Assembly (NCBI GenBank): GCA_964252035.1
Contig: OZ176201.1
From: Podarcis erhardii
Lineage: Eukaryota
Strand: one strand, 5' to 3'
Length of the DNA stretch: 64,000 nt
In this document: piece after piece, positions 11,583-23,423 of the stretch
How the letters are laid out: every line of letters starts with the position of its first letter
How positions within the stretch are numbered: the stretch's first letter is position 1
Notes under the pieces: generated by a model
What the model was told of the DNA's origin: nothing
The model's database searches: none
The model's input: the letters and a program-made list of their open reading frames with translations, nothing else
Program-made: the position numbers and the translations under genes

Positions 11583-12687
11583 CTAAAGTATTCAGAGCAA
11601 AACCAATCCCTGTACAGTGGTACCTCGGGTTACATACGCTTCAGGTTACAGACTCCGCTAACCCAGAAATATTACCTCGAGTTAAGAAATTTGCTTCAGG
11701 ATGAGAACAGAAATCGTGCTCCGGCGGTGCAGCAGCAGTGGGAGGCCCCATTAGCTAAAGTGGTGCTTCAGGTTAAGAACAGTTTCAGGTTAAGAACGGA
11801 CCTCCAGAACGAATTAAGTTCTTAACCTAAGGTACCACTGTATATGGCGTTTATTGACCTACTAAGGCCTTCGACACTGTAAATCATAATTCCCTATGGA
11901 ATGCCCTTCTGAAAATTGGCTGCCCAGATAAATTTGTGAACATCCTTCGGCTCCTCCATGATAATATGACAGCAACAATCGCAGATAACAATGGCTCTCA
12001 AAATGAATCATTCACAGTGGGATCAGGTGTTAAACAGGGCTGTGTTACTGCCCCAACTCTATTTATTATTTTCATTGCCATGATCCTACACTTTGTCGAA
12101 GGGAAACTCACCACTGGAGTAGAAATCCTATATCAAAGAGATGGAAAGCTCTTTAATCTGAGTAGGCTGAAAGCATAGAGTAAGGTTACCATAACTTCCA
12201 TCACTAGTGTTGAAGCAACGATTCTTCAACATCAACTTTGTTGGACAGGTCATGTTGTTCAGATGCCTGATTACCGTCTTCCAAAGCAACTACTCTATTC
12301 CAACCTTAAAAATAGAAAGCGTCATACTGGTGGTCAGCAAAAGAGGTTTAAAGACTCTCTCAAGGCAAATCTAAAAAAATGTGGTATACACCCACAAACT
12401 GGGAAACACTGGCCTGCGAGCGCTCCAATTGGAGAACAGCCTTTACCAAAGGTGTCATGGACTTTGAAGACGAACTCAGGATGAAAGGAAGAAACATGTT
12501 AAGAGGATGCATGCTTGGCAAACCCTCACTGTGATCAACTCCCACCGGGAAACCTATGTCCCCACTGAAGGACGTGTGGATCCAGAATTGGCCTCCACAG
12601 TCACTTACGGACTTATTGTTAAGACCGTGTCATGGGAGACAATCTTACTCGGCTACGAGTGATTGCCAAAGAAAAAGAAGAAGAAGA
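11583..12687 (+). mobile_element. RTE-clade LINE, 5'-truncated and internally deleted
   Basis: Removing the MITE restores EQNQSLYMAFIDL. RT motifs follow (AFDTVNH..LW..L.KIGCPDKFVNILRLLHDNM...GVKQGCV.APTLF), then the C-terminal WTGHVVQMPDYRLPKQLLY...GGQQKRFKDSLKANLKKC and a (GAA)n tail. Confidence 0.92.
11615..11840 (+). mobile_element. Tc1/mariner MITE family B inserted in the RTE LINE
   Basis: CAGTGGTACCTC...AGGTACCACTG with TA duplication that splits the RTE Tyr codon region. Confidence 0.93.
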
Positions 12688-13339
12688 CCAAAAGTATTCA
12701 GAACATTCTAGTAATCATGGTATGTGGGAGTTCATATGTGCCATATGTGTTCATATGTGTGCACTTTTTCCAGCCACAGTGCAAAAGACAGGCCTAACCC
12801 CACCCCCGTACATGGTTTCAGAAACATGTTGCCCTACTGAGTCTTCTTTCAAGCATGTAGCCACTTCATACTTTTCCCTTGAAAATCTAACAGGGTGGGT
12901 GGGTGGAAATCAGAATTCTAAAGCATGCCTGCATTATATTAAAAGAGCGTCCTCATTTTCATTGTTATTGTTAATTAGAATAATTTAAACAATAGCAAAA
13001 AACCCAGATTAACTTAATAAACATAATTATTCAGCGGTGCATTCAGAAAACCCATTTGTTTGTAAGCTGCCTGCTATCATCCTACGTTGACTTCTCCCTT
13101 TCAAATTTTAATGGCTTTCACAGCCATAAAACTGATGCAAGCAAACATTCCCTTATTGTTATATATTCATATTTACAGTGCTTCTTTTCCATGCTGGCAT
13201 CTCTTGTACCTAAAGATAATCCTAAAATGACTTACGCTTTGATATGAGAGGAGCTCACCTAAAAGGCCTTAGCAACCATCCAAGATGGGTGGAGGCTGCA
13301 TGTCGTTTCTAAAAAGACATTTTGAACAGGCTTGCGGTG

Positions 13340-13525
13340 GGCAGGGGGAGATATAACCCAGGTTCAAATTCCCACTTATGCCCTGAAGCTTACCGGGTGA
13401 TTTTGTACCAGACACCTGCTCTCAGCCTAGCCTACCTTTCAAACCTGTTGTTAAGATAAAATAGCTGGTGGAGACAGTGATGTGCGCTCTTCTGAGCTGC
13501 TAAAAAAGGAGAGGTATAAATGTAA
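13340..13525 (+). mobile_element. Old Squam3/MIR-like CORE SINE
   Basis: B-box GGTTCAAATTCC, CORE-like CTCTCAGCCTAGCCTACC...GTTGTTAAGATAAAAT, and an AT-rich tail. Confidence 0.55.
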
Positions 13526-13527
13526 TA

Positions 13528-13543
13528 CATCATCATCATCATC

Positions 13544-13577
<34 letters not shown>
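13528..13577. repeat. (CAT)n(AAT)n compound microsatellite
   Basis: Direct reading; probably grown from the tail of the preceding SINE. Confidence 0.93.
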
Positions 13578-13580
<3 letters not shown>

Positions 13581-13747
13581 GATCATCCATGGACACACCA
13601 AGTTTGTGTATTTCAACCTCAGCTGCCCCCTTTGCAAATGTAATGGCGATTAATGGTCTTGCGAAATATTGTGGGGAATTGGATGGTAGGTTCTAGGGAT
13701 AGGTGTTGATATCAAAAGAGACATATATAAACAAATGTATCCTCCAG

Positions 13748-13999
13748 CAGTGGTGTAGTGGTTAAGAGGGGTGGACTCGTAATCGGGTGAACCAGGTTCG
13801 TGTCCCCACTCCTCCACATGCAGCTGCTGGGTGACCTTGGGCTAGTCACACTTCTCTGAAGTCTCTCAGCCCCACTCACCTCACAGAGTGTTTGTTGTGG
13901 GGGAGGAAGGGAAAGGAGATTGTTTGCCTCTTTGAGACTCCTTAAGGGGAGTGAAAGGCACGATATCAAGTCCTCCTCCTCCTCCTCCTCCTCTTCTTC
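13748..13999 (+). mobile_element. Squam3-type tRNA-derived CORE SINE (young)
   Basis: A-box TGGTGTAGTGG, B-box GGTTCGTGTCC, CORE CTGGGTGACCTTGGGC, and a (CCT)/(TCT) tail. Near-identical inverted copies at 18205 and 59819. Confidence 0.88.
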
Positions 14000-14069
14000 T
14001 TCTTTGAATGCCTTCTCTCCCCAAAGGAACCCATTTCTGTGGACTGGGGCCTTTCCCCGTTAGGCAGAA

Positions 14070-14219
14070 CAGGGATGGGGATCTTTTGGTACTCCAGTTG
14101 TTGGTGGACCCCAACGGACCCCATCCCTCACCATTGGCTATACTGCTTGGGACGGATGGATGTTGACATCTGGTAACATCTGGTAACATCTGGAGGATCG
14201 CAGGTTCCCCATCCCCATG
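14070..14219. mobile_element. hAT MITE
   Basis: TIR CAGGGATGGGGA/TCCCCATCCCCATG; internal 10-bp duplication ACATCTGGTA. Confidence 0.7.
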
Positions 14220-15124
14220 CACAGGACTCCACCTGGTAGCAGAGGGCTTGAATGGAGCATTAGAATGGAGCCGTGAGCCAAGGGGAGAGCTGAACGGTTC
14301 ATAAGGCATTCTATTCTATACTCTCCAGTCGTTCTGAATTTAAAGAGTCCCTGGATGGTGCAAAACCTTTGGAAGTCCTCCATGTTGCATATTGTGTTAA
14401 AATGACTTGTGCTGGCACTATAATAAAGAGCTGGGGCGGAAGATCTATTTTCCAGCCATCATTCTTAAAAGATTCTTAAAACTTTCCTTCTTAAATGTGA
14501 TGTGCTCCAAGGCATTGTTTGATTTGAAATGCACTCAGTCCATTTTGTGTGTGTGCGCACACGCGGGGGGTTTTGTTGCACAAGCCAGGTCGTTTGATGG
14601 GATGCGAGCCCCATCAGCGTGACGTCTGTCATTTGCAGTACTGATGATGGTGCCCGGAAAGGTCTTATTAATCTTTATTTAATGCGTCTATGTGTATGAG
14701 AGAGGGGGTGGGTGGGAAACAAACACAGAAATAATAAATCATATGTATGCATTATGGGAAGCCTCTGGGCATTCAGACCGCATTACTCATATCTTAGGAA
14801 GGTAAAAATGGCAAGCTGTATTAGCTGAGTTCAAGGCACAAAAGGCTGTATTCATTTCGCGGCATGCATAAGTTATGCAAATGGGAACAACTTCAGGGAA
14901 AACAGCAACACAATATTCTATCCATTGGAATAATACAATTTAATAAGCACTTGTCATGAAAAGCAGCACATGCATTTTGCTAAGTTTCTTACTCGTTTTT
15001 TGGTCAAGGCTGTTAACTACTTCTAACATCTTGCGTGAAGAGTGTTTAGATGTCCAGGCACTGGGTTTGCCCAAGAAAGGGGAGGGCGCTGCTGACAGAA
15101 CATAACCTTCCCTCCCCGCGATGC

Positions 15125-15339
15125 TCCAGCACACCCATGAGGCAAGGTGAGGTGACTGCCTCAGGCGGCAGGATCCACAGGGGCAGCAGATCTCGATGTC
15201 AACCTTTCTTCCCCCATTGTTCCTGATGTAGAGCTTCTCATTCCTTCTGCCCTCATCTCTCATCCCTTCTTCCCTGGCGGGGAGGAAGGTGCTATTTTGG
15301 AGTCCCTGTCAGGTGCCAAAATATCCTGGGTTGGCCCTG
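15125..15339 (+). mobile_element. hAT-like MITE (CATGAGGCAAGGTGA family)
   Basis: Shares CATGAGGCAAGGTGA...GCCTCAGG with 23227-23423; ends GGTTGGCCCTG. Confidence 0.55.
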
Positions 15340-15732
15340 CTTCTGGATATGGTTAGATGAGGTGGAGACGATCATGGTTGTGTAGTCCTCTTGCATAAAC
15401 AGTAACACCTAACAACAACAACACACACCTTGAAATAGAACAGAAATGAATTGGAGTGTATATGTCCAAAATTATCAATAATTAACACAATGGGTGTTAG
15501 GGAACCAGTGCCTGATAGTGGTTAAAATGGTGGATTGCTCCTGGAGAGATACTGGCTCACAGCTTCACTGAGACATGTTGCTCAATACCTCTCAGCATAA
15601 TCTGCCGTACCTCATAGGGACGTTATGAGGATAAAATGATGGGACCATGTATGTTACCCTGAGATGTTAGGTGGAAGCGTAGGACGGAAATGTAATTTAT
15701 AATATTAAATAGTTTGGTATTTGAAAGTATTG

Positions 15733-15736
<4 letters not shown>

Positions 15737-15770
<34 letters not shown>
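15737..15770. repeat. (TG)n microsatellite
   Basis: 17 TG units. Confidence 0.97.
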
Positions 15771-15773
<3 letters not shown>

Positions 15774-17340
15774 AACTATATTTATTGCTTATTACTATAG
15801 TTATACTCCATGTTTGAGCTCAGATTGGATCCCATAATAGTTTACAGCAATTAAATAAATCACCAAGGTACAATGTAAACGAAATAATTTTTATGGCTGT
15901 TGTTGCCCTTAAAAGCTCCCAGGAATAGCAGCAGCAACAACAAAAGCATTGCAGATTTCTTTAAGGCTGATACTATACTATTGAAGAGTATAACCAATTG
16001 ATGATAAGAGCCACAAGATTTGATCCAAATTAGGTTTATGGGTGAATCAAATTTTCCCTCCGTCCTTACTCACTAGGTAATCCTTGTAGGCGGGTTTAGT
16101 GATGGCTGCTAGAGAGGATTTTAATGGATAATTAGGTTTGGGCTGCAACACTGAATATGCTGTTTGCTTCTGTGTGCTTGCTCTTGCAATTTTAGCAGTC
16201 ATGAAAAAGGAAGCAGGCACTTTCTCTTGGAAGCAAACTGATAAGACTGCAAACATATATATAGATCTGGGATCTTGAGCAAGAGGTTAGGTTTCTTCCA
16301 ATCCAGCCGTTCATAGTAGAGTGGCCCTTGAAATATCAAGGTTAATAGTATCTTCTGTACCGATAAGCGAGAAGATTTAATTCCAGACATCTAAATTGTA
16401 GTTGCTAGTGTTTAGTTTGGAATTAATAGAGTGACTACAGTGATCAATAACAGATATATTCAAAACATGTGCCTTTAATTCCCTATCTGTTCTGCTGCTT
16501 GCTGGAATGATCTAATGACCTTTCTGGGGGTGTTAATGAACAAGTTATTAATTAAAATGTGATCTTTATCCTTCACTTCTCTCAAATCATCCTTTCTGTT
16601 TGTATGAGGCTTCCACACTCTCTGCATGAGAGAAGCAATACCTGTCCCCTGCAGTACCCTGGAAGGTTTTGGCCTTTTTGTCCCTTTTGACTTTAATCTA
16701 TTGTTCTGTTCAAGGTTACTTTGAAAACACCAGGTTGTCTTACTCGGTGTCACAGTTTTCACCTTTGTTTCTAATGCTGGACTGTTTATGCTTGCCCATA
16801 TAATCATATTCCAATCCCCCCTTGGCTTCTGGGAACTTTGCTCTCATCCTGTAACTGCAGGTTTCCTCCTCTTGCTAGAGTGAGCCTAGAAGAGGGAGCT
16901 GTGACCTTGCACAGCAGTTATTTGTAAGCAACAATATTAATTCACGAGTTTTCCCCTGTCTCATCACATCACACATTGCAGCAAGCTGACCTCTTTCTCT
17001 CCAGGTGGGTTTACTGTGGAACCAAGATATGCAACCGTCTGTGACTTTTTGCAATGCAAAAGGACTCTTAGTACGTCTTCTCAAACTGAGCTGTATATTA
17101 ATGTTTAGCTTTCAATGTTAAGGGCGACAACAACAATGGTTCCTCACTTACAGGAATTACTGAGAATTACAATTGCTGGATTTTATTGCCTTTGCCAGTT
17201 CTCTGATATAAATAGAAGAGGTTATCCCAGTAATCAGTATGGAAGTAGCCTACCCTCCTCACAACCTTCAATTTATGTGATAGGTGGTAAAGGAGTTGAA
17301 GGTTCTATCTGTGTAACACAACTACCATATATAAAAATAT

Positions 17341-17388
17341 AAAAAAAATGTCCAGTAGCACCTTAGAGATCAACTAAGTTTGTTGGTA
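17341..17388 (-). mobile_element. Penelope pseudo-LTR remnant
   Basis: AAAAAAATGTCCAGTAGCACCTTAGAGATCAACTAAGTTTGTT matches the arms of the hairpins at 21113 and 36004. Confidence 0.7.
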
Positions 17389-18204
17389 CCATAGTACTAC
17401 CATAACATATTTTAGAATTAGTATTCATTTGCTGAGACCAAGTAACAGCCATGCTGTGATTTTCTGCATGCACTTCCAAACATGGTCTAAATATAATCTG
17501 ACGCCATCACATGACATATTGGGGTCAGGTGCTGGGGCTCAGTAAGCGTCACTATGGTTAGGTCCGCCACCATTCCTGCCGCAACTGCCGCGGCTGCTGC
17601 TACAACAGCCAGCCAGCCACATGGGCACATCAAGGCTGGAATGACTATTAAGACAGAGTTGCTGATGAGTTTTGTGTGTGCCTGGAGTGTGCAGTGTTGC
17701 TGCCAGGCCCTTGGCCACACAGGGACTGGTGGGGTGGCCTAGTAGTGGCACTGAGAAGAGCTTCAGGTCATATCCTCAAATTTACCAGCACTGCCATGTT
17801 AAAGATGCAACCCCCACCCCCGGCATCTGTTTTGGAGCTCTGCTGAGAGCTGCCACCATCAACAACATGGGCTGGCAGGAACGAACCTTGGTCAAGAAGA
17901 GGGGCATGTTCACTGAACTTTGGGCAGAGTGGACCTTTCTGGAGGCAAGCCTGATTACCCTATTCTTTACCATGTATCCTTCAAGGGAATACAAATATCT
18001 AAGTCAGATGCAGGCAAACCTCTATGTTGCACTTGGCCAACATTGGGGGCTATTTTGAAAGGCCATGGGGTGACCACTTCAGTTTATTGATGGATATATG
18101 ATGGAGATGGCTGGGTGGGCCTAATTAGATCCATGGGCTTGAGATTCCCCCACTGCTCCTATAGGCAGTTTCCTACTCTTCCTAATTCACAGTACAATAT
18201 CTAG

Positions 18205-18446
18205 ATGAGTTTGGATTTGATATCCCGCCTTTCGCTCCCTTTAAGGAGTCTCAAAGCGGCTAACATTCTCCTTTCCCTTCCTCCCCCACAACAAACACTC
18301 TGTGAGGTGAGTGGGGCTGAGAGACTTCAGAGAAGTGCGACTAGCCCAAAGTCACCCAGCAGCTGCATGTGGAGGAGCGGGGAATCAAACCCGGTTCACC
18401 AGATTACGAGTCTACCGCTCTTAACCACTACACCACACTGGCTCCC
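18205..18446 (-). mobile_element. Squam3-type SINE (young)
   Basis: Reverse complement is about 90% identical by eye to 13748-13999, with intact A and B boxes. Confidence 0.9.
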
Positions 18447-19489
18447 TATCACTCTCTGTCAATCTTTCCCCTGTACTTTTCAGTATGGTTTCTTGGAGAG
18501 CGTCTGTGCTATGACATCCTCAGCTGGCCATCACAAATCACCATCAAAATGTGGAATCTGTGGATTTTCAGAGCTAAAACCAGTAACAATCTCAGGAAAG
18601 AACTGCGGGTGATATAGCACGTTGGTGAAAAACAAACCGATGATTATTCTGATAATTTTTTTTAATAAAAAAAATGGAAAATACCCTCACTATTGCTTTG
18701 CCTAACTCATGCTACATTTTAAAATGCATGAAGTACCATTTCTCTAGGGACCGACACCTGTCATTTGCTTTTAACAATTAACGCAGTCTTAAAACAAGTC
18801 ACACATTTCAATGTCAAAGAAGTCGTCGTGATATCAAGTCATATTTTGAGTGGTTCTGGATTTGAAAATCTTTTTTAAAAAGCATTTCCTACCTAAATTC
18901 AGATAATGGGTGACTGAAAGGCAGTTTTTTCTTCTTCATCGTGCACAGTGCTTTTTTGGGGGGAGGGCTGTCTTGCTCAGCTTGGATTTCACTCTTCCAC
19001 CCAAGAGCTCAAGGTAGTCTACATCTTCGTCCTCACTTTATTCTCACATCAATGCTGTGAGGTAGGCTAGGCTGAGTTGGGATTTGAACCTAGAACTGAG
19101 TCCCAACCCTTCACTACCTGTTTGTTCCTCAGTTTAGGCAGAAAGGCAGAGGGGTATGGTTTTTAGATGAAATACACACCTGCTTTCATAATGAATAAAA
19201 TCTCCGGCTGCAATCCTATACCCACTTAATTGAATTCAGTGGAACATAGGCTTGAGCAGATTTCTTGCTTTTGCCCTAGGTGTTCTAGAAAGCAAAGTTT
19301 TATAGACAGGTGGGATTAAACCAGTGGGGGAAAATACACAAGAGCACAGATATATGTAAATATCCACGTTCCTGAATCTTATTACTACCTTGTTCTCATC
19401 ATGTTTGATGTGAATCTCAATGTGCATGGCAGATGGGGGTGAGGGCAGATGGGGTGCTAGCCTTGGCATTTTAGAGGAAGGGGCTTTGG

Positions 19490-19600
19490 GGTCAGTGGCA
19501 GAGAACATTCTTTGCATGCAGTCCTTTGAATCCTAGATTCTCTCCCTGGAATCTCCAGGCAGGGCTGGGGAAGAACTCCTGACTGAAAACTTAGGGCTTA
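19490..19600 (+). mobile_element. Decayed tRNA-derived SINE head
   Basis: TCAGTGGCAGAGAACATTCTTTGCATGCAG...TCCCTGGAATCTCCAGGCAGGGCTGGG resembles tRNA-derived squamate SINE 5' ends. Confidence 0.5.
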
Positions 19601-20921
19601 TCCATTCCACACCTTGGTTTGGCCCACTGCTTCCCCCTTGGGAATAGTGCTGAATCAGAACAAAAGGCAGTCGGGTTTTCTGTGAATTGCTGTTTGTTTT
19701 GATTAGCACTAAGGAGCAGATTTTCCTGGGGGAAACAGCAGGGCAAAGGTAAAACTGCTCAGACCCATGTGGAGACAGCCCAGGACAAGGGGGAAACCAT
19801 TTGGACCTGGACACGGAACAAGCAGAAGTATGGGTGAGTCCTTAGAGAGCTTCTGCCGTTGTCAACAACGCTAAGCCAGATGGACCAATGGCCAGATTCA
19901 GCTTCCTGCACTCCTATCAAAATCCATTGATGTAGCACATACATGAATGGGAATGGCCTCCCCGCTCCTTGCATTCGGTCTACACCTATATTGTGTGAAT
20001 AGGACTGTTGTCTTTACTTCAAGTAGAAACATCTTAAGGACCAATGGACACGTCATAGGGCGAATAGGTTGGGAGTGGGGGATAGCTCTCTACTTTTCCT
20101 GCATGAAATGAATTTCCAACTTTTGATTTAATGGTGAGGCATGCTGGCACCGTGTCTTCAAAATATAGTTAAGGACCCTGGTTGATTAATATTGGTGCCG
20201 GTGCTTCTCTTAGCCACAGCCAAGGAAGGAGAAGGTAATTTACTTTTGGGAGGGACTGCACACTTGGGAAACTTACGCAGTGGCACTTAAATCTTTAAAC
20301 TCAAGGTCTCCTGTAAGAGAAACCAATAATGTTTCTGGCTAGTATATAAATAGAGGACTACATAAAGGCATTTATAAGCAAGGTTATTGGTTTCATGGAA
20401 ATCAAAAATCCAAATTCTGCAACATTGTCACAGGACCAAAAGAAATCATGGGAATTACGCTGATTTAGGCAAATAGCAATTGACTGCTGGATCTAGTAAC
20501 TCAATCAAAGTTGATTTATGAGGTACAGTCTCCACTGGGCATTGTCAGAGGTGGTTGTGATTTTGGCCACTTGTGGTAGTTTTGGGTACATTGCTTCTGT
20601 TGTGATGTGTAGCAATGGTTGGGAAGAGAAGGAAGCAGGGATTAGGGGATCTTCGTAGACTGTGGATGGGAAAGTGTGGAATAGACTTGCAAAGTAGCAT
20701 TGGGGGTAGGGATGTCAGAGAATCCCAACGAAAACAGAAGCAGGTGAGGAAATTGCTGATGTTTGCTTATTCATCCCATTTCTGGAACAGAATTTACTAC
20801 TGCTGCTGCTGCTGCTTTCAGTGTGCAAGCAATAAGTAATTGATTATGTTCCTCCACAACCATTTGCATTGTGTTTTCTTTGCACTGAGCTGACTGTTGT
20901 GAAATAATGTAATGACAATGC

Positions 20922-20966
<45 letters not shown>
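20922..20966. repeat. (AAT)n microsatellite
   Basis: Perfect run at the tail of the minus-strand L2. Confidence 0.96.
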
Positions 20967-21112
20967 TATTTTTATTATTTACAACCCACCCATCTGGCTG
21001 GGTTTCCCCAGCCACTCTGGGCAGCTTACAGCACATATAGAAACATAATAAAACATTAAACATTATAAACTTCCCAATGCAGGGTTGCCTTCAGATGTCT
21101 TCTAAAAGTATA

Positions 21113-21340
21113 AAACAAAATAAAAAAAATCCTTCCAGTAGCACCTTAAAGACCAACTGAGTTAGTTCTAGGTATGAGCTTTCGTGTGCATGCACACTTC
21201 TTCAGATACACATCTGAAGAAGTGTGCATGCACACGAAAGCTCATACCTAGAACTAACTCAGTTGGTCTTTAAGGTGCTACTGGAAGGATTTTTTTTATT
21301 TTGTTTTGACCATGGCAGACCAACACGGCTACCTATCTGT
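21113..21340. mobile_element. Penelope-like element: inverted pair of pseudo-LTRs
   Basis: Perfect inverted repeat (arms 21112-21207 and 21212-21307, loop ACAC) plus a right-hand extension ending ACCTATCTGT. Flanked by 13-bp TSD TTCTAAAAGTATA (21100-21112, 21341-21353). Confidence 0.85.
21172..21209 (-). ncRNA. Minimal type I hammerhead ribozyme (Penelope-associated)
   Basis: Minus strand reads GUAU-CUGAAGA-A-GUGUGC(AU)GCACAC-GAA-AGCU-C/AUAC: stem I GUAU:AUAC, core CUGANGA and GAAA, stem II 6 bp, palindromic stem III AGCU, and a UC cleavage site. The plus-strand copy at 21212-21247 keeps only 2 bp of stem I. Confidence 0.75.
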
Positions 21341-22850
21341 TTCTAAAAGTATAGTTCTTTATCTCCTTGACATCTGAAGGGAGGGTTGTTCCACAGGGAG
21401 GGTGCCACTGCCAAGAAAGCCCTGTTCCTGGTTCCCTGTAGCTTCACTTCTCACAGTGAGGGGACCAGCAGAAGACCCTTGGAGGACAACCTGAGTGTCC
21501 GGGCTGAACAATGGGGGTAGAAACACTCCTTCAGGTATACTGGGCCCAGGCCATTTAGGGCTTTAAAGGTCAGCACCAACACTTTGACTTTTGCTTGGAA
21601 ACACACTGGGAGCCAATTAAGATCCTTTAGGACCAGTGTTATATGCTCCCAGCAGCTACCCCCAGTCACCAGTCTAGCTGCCACATTCTGGATCAGTTGT
21701 AGTTTCTAAGTCACCTGAGACTCCAGCTCCCAACATCCCTTACCACTCACCATGCTGATGAGAATTGGGACTGATGAGAGTTGGAGTCCAAGAATATCTG
21801 GTTCTGTCCGCTGGTGTTAAGAAGTAAAAACTCCCCTGTTTTGCTTATTGAAATCACTCCCCACAATTTCCCCACAAGCTTAAAGCTTGTTAGAGTGGGG
21901 TATAAATGGGATCAAGTTAGCACTGGGCAGACTAAGGGCAAATGTGCAGTTAACAGTCAATGGAAGAGCAAAGCAAAGGGATGAAGCATAGCCAAGGTGT
22001 CTAAATAAAAAAGGACTGTTGATAAGTCTACTGGTGACCTTCTTCTGGTGCTTCTTACAGAGACTATTGGGAAACTGAAGCCCAAGGGAGCCATGAAGTC
22101 CAAGTAATCTCAGGTGGGCTTGTATTCCCTAGTAGGTAGGAAGTGAGAATCGATTCCTAGCAGTTATTTTGCAAAATTGCTTAGGTTGTGTTTTTTAAAG
22201 TTTACCTCACAACACTAGAAACTTCCTGGTATGTCCGTCCCCCCGCTTTAATTCACAATATGACACTGATACACCAGATACCACACTGGAAGGCAAGCAG
22301 TGCTTTGTGTTGTGTGATTGTGGCCATGTGATTTGATTCAAACCCTAAGGAAGGCATTAAAATCAAGTTACAGATTTGCACTGGAACTGAAGGACGCTTA
22401 AGTTTTAAGATTCTTTAATAATATTCAGAATGACTTTGCACACCATATATGGGGAGCTTGTTGTGTGGCTCATTCTGACTTGTACCTTTAGTCACATTGT
22501 GTTGCTCCAAATTCCAGTAAAATTCTCTAAGGGGACGCTTATCACACCAAACAAGAGAGGGAAAAGAACTCAGAGAGAGCACCACATTTAGCTTTAATCG
22601 TGGAAGCTGATAATCTGTGAGATTCATTCTGTGGGGTGGCCCCGCTAAGCTTCTTGATAGAATAATTAAACTTTCTTTACAAACAGAAATAATCCTCCAT
22701 GTACATTCCGCGCTATACAGTAAAGGTCTTGAAAGGGATAAAATTGTGTGTTAAGGAAACCTTGATGAAAGCTCCAAGGAAAATAAGGGCTGAATTAAAA
22801 ATCAAAGGCTCCATGAGGCAGTGTAACAAAAAGATTTCAGATGTTTAGGA

Positions 22851-23097
22851 ATACCTCATGTTACGTTTGCTTCCGGTTGCGCGTTTCCAGGTTGCATCCC
22901 ACGGTGACCCGGAAGTACCGGAAAGGGTTACTTCTGGGTTTCGCCACTTGCGCATGCGCAGACGCTCAAAATGACACCACGCACATGCGCAGAATAGGCG
23001 AATCGCAACCCGCGCATGCGCAGACGCAGGTTGTGTTCTGCTCAGGTTGCGAACGGGCCTCCGGAACGGATCCTGTTCGCAACCAGAGGTACCACTG
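22851..23097 (+). mobile_element. Tc1/mariner MITE family A
   Basis: Collinear with 2552-2806; right TIR GAGGTACCACTG-TA intact, left TIR clipped. Confidence 0.85.
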
Positions 23098-23226
23098 TAT
23101 AGGCAAGCATTGAGCTGTCTGAAGTCAGTGGAAAAACTGATGGTTTAATTCCTTCATCATTGAGTAGTGAGAAGGTAGGTCCCTAGGCACTGGTGGCTGT
23201 TGCCCATGGGACTCGTAGGAAAGACG

Positions 23227-23423
23227 CAGGACCGGCCTGCTCATGAGGCAAGGTGAAGCAACCACCTTGGAGAAGCAGCACTGTCAGTTTCTGGTGAGAT
23301 CTTGCCGGAAACTGCTGCCACTTCTGCACATAATGGAGGTAAAGAAGACGTCAGTGGTGTGGGGTGGCACGGCGGCATGTTCCTGTTTTGCCTCAGGTGG
23401 CAAAACGGGATGCGCTGTCTCTG
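23227..23423 (+). mobile_element. hAT-like MITE (CATGAGGCAAGGTGA family)
   Basis: Imperfect ends CAGGACCGGC...GCTGTCTCTG; shared motifs with 15125-15339 and, inverted, 61290-61330. Confidence 0.55.

Larger units (their letters stand above)
20968..21712 (-). mobile_element. L2 LINE 3' fragment interrupted by a Penelope element
   Basis: Minus peptide AARLVTG..WEHITLVLKDLNWLPVCFQAKVKVLVLTFKALNGLGPVYLKE is the L2 ORF2 C-terminus; L2 3' UTR leads to the AAT tail. Confidence 0.9.

Noticed and set aside
13748-13810. tRNA-like A and B boxes (also 7628, 18390, 37910, 50810, 60000)
   Set aside because: These are SINE heads continuing into SINE bodies; no cloverleaf or acceptor stem.
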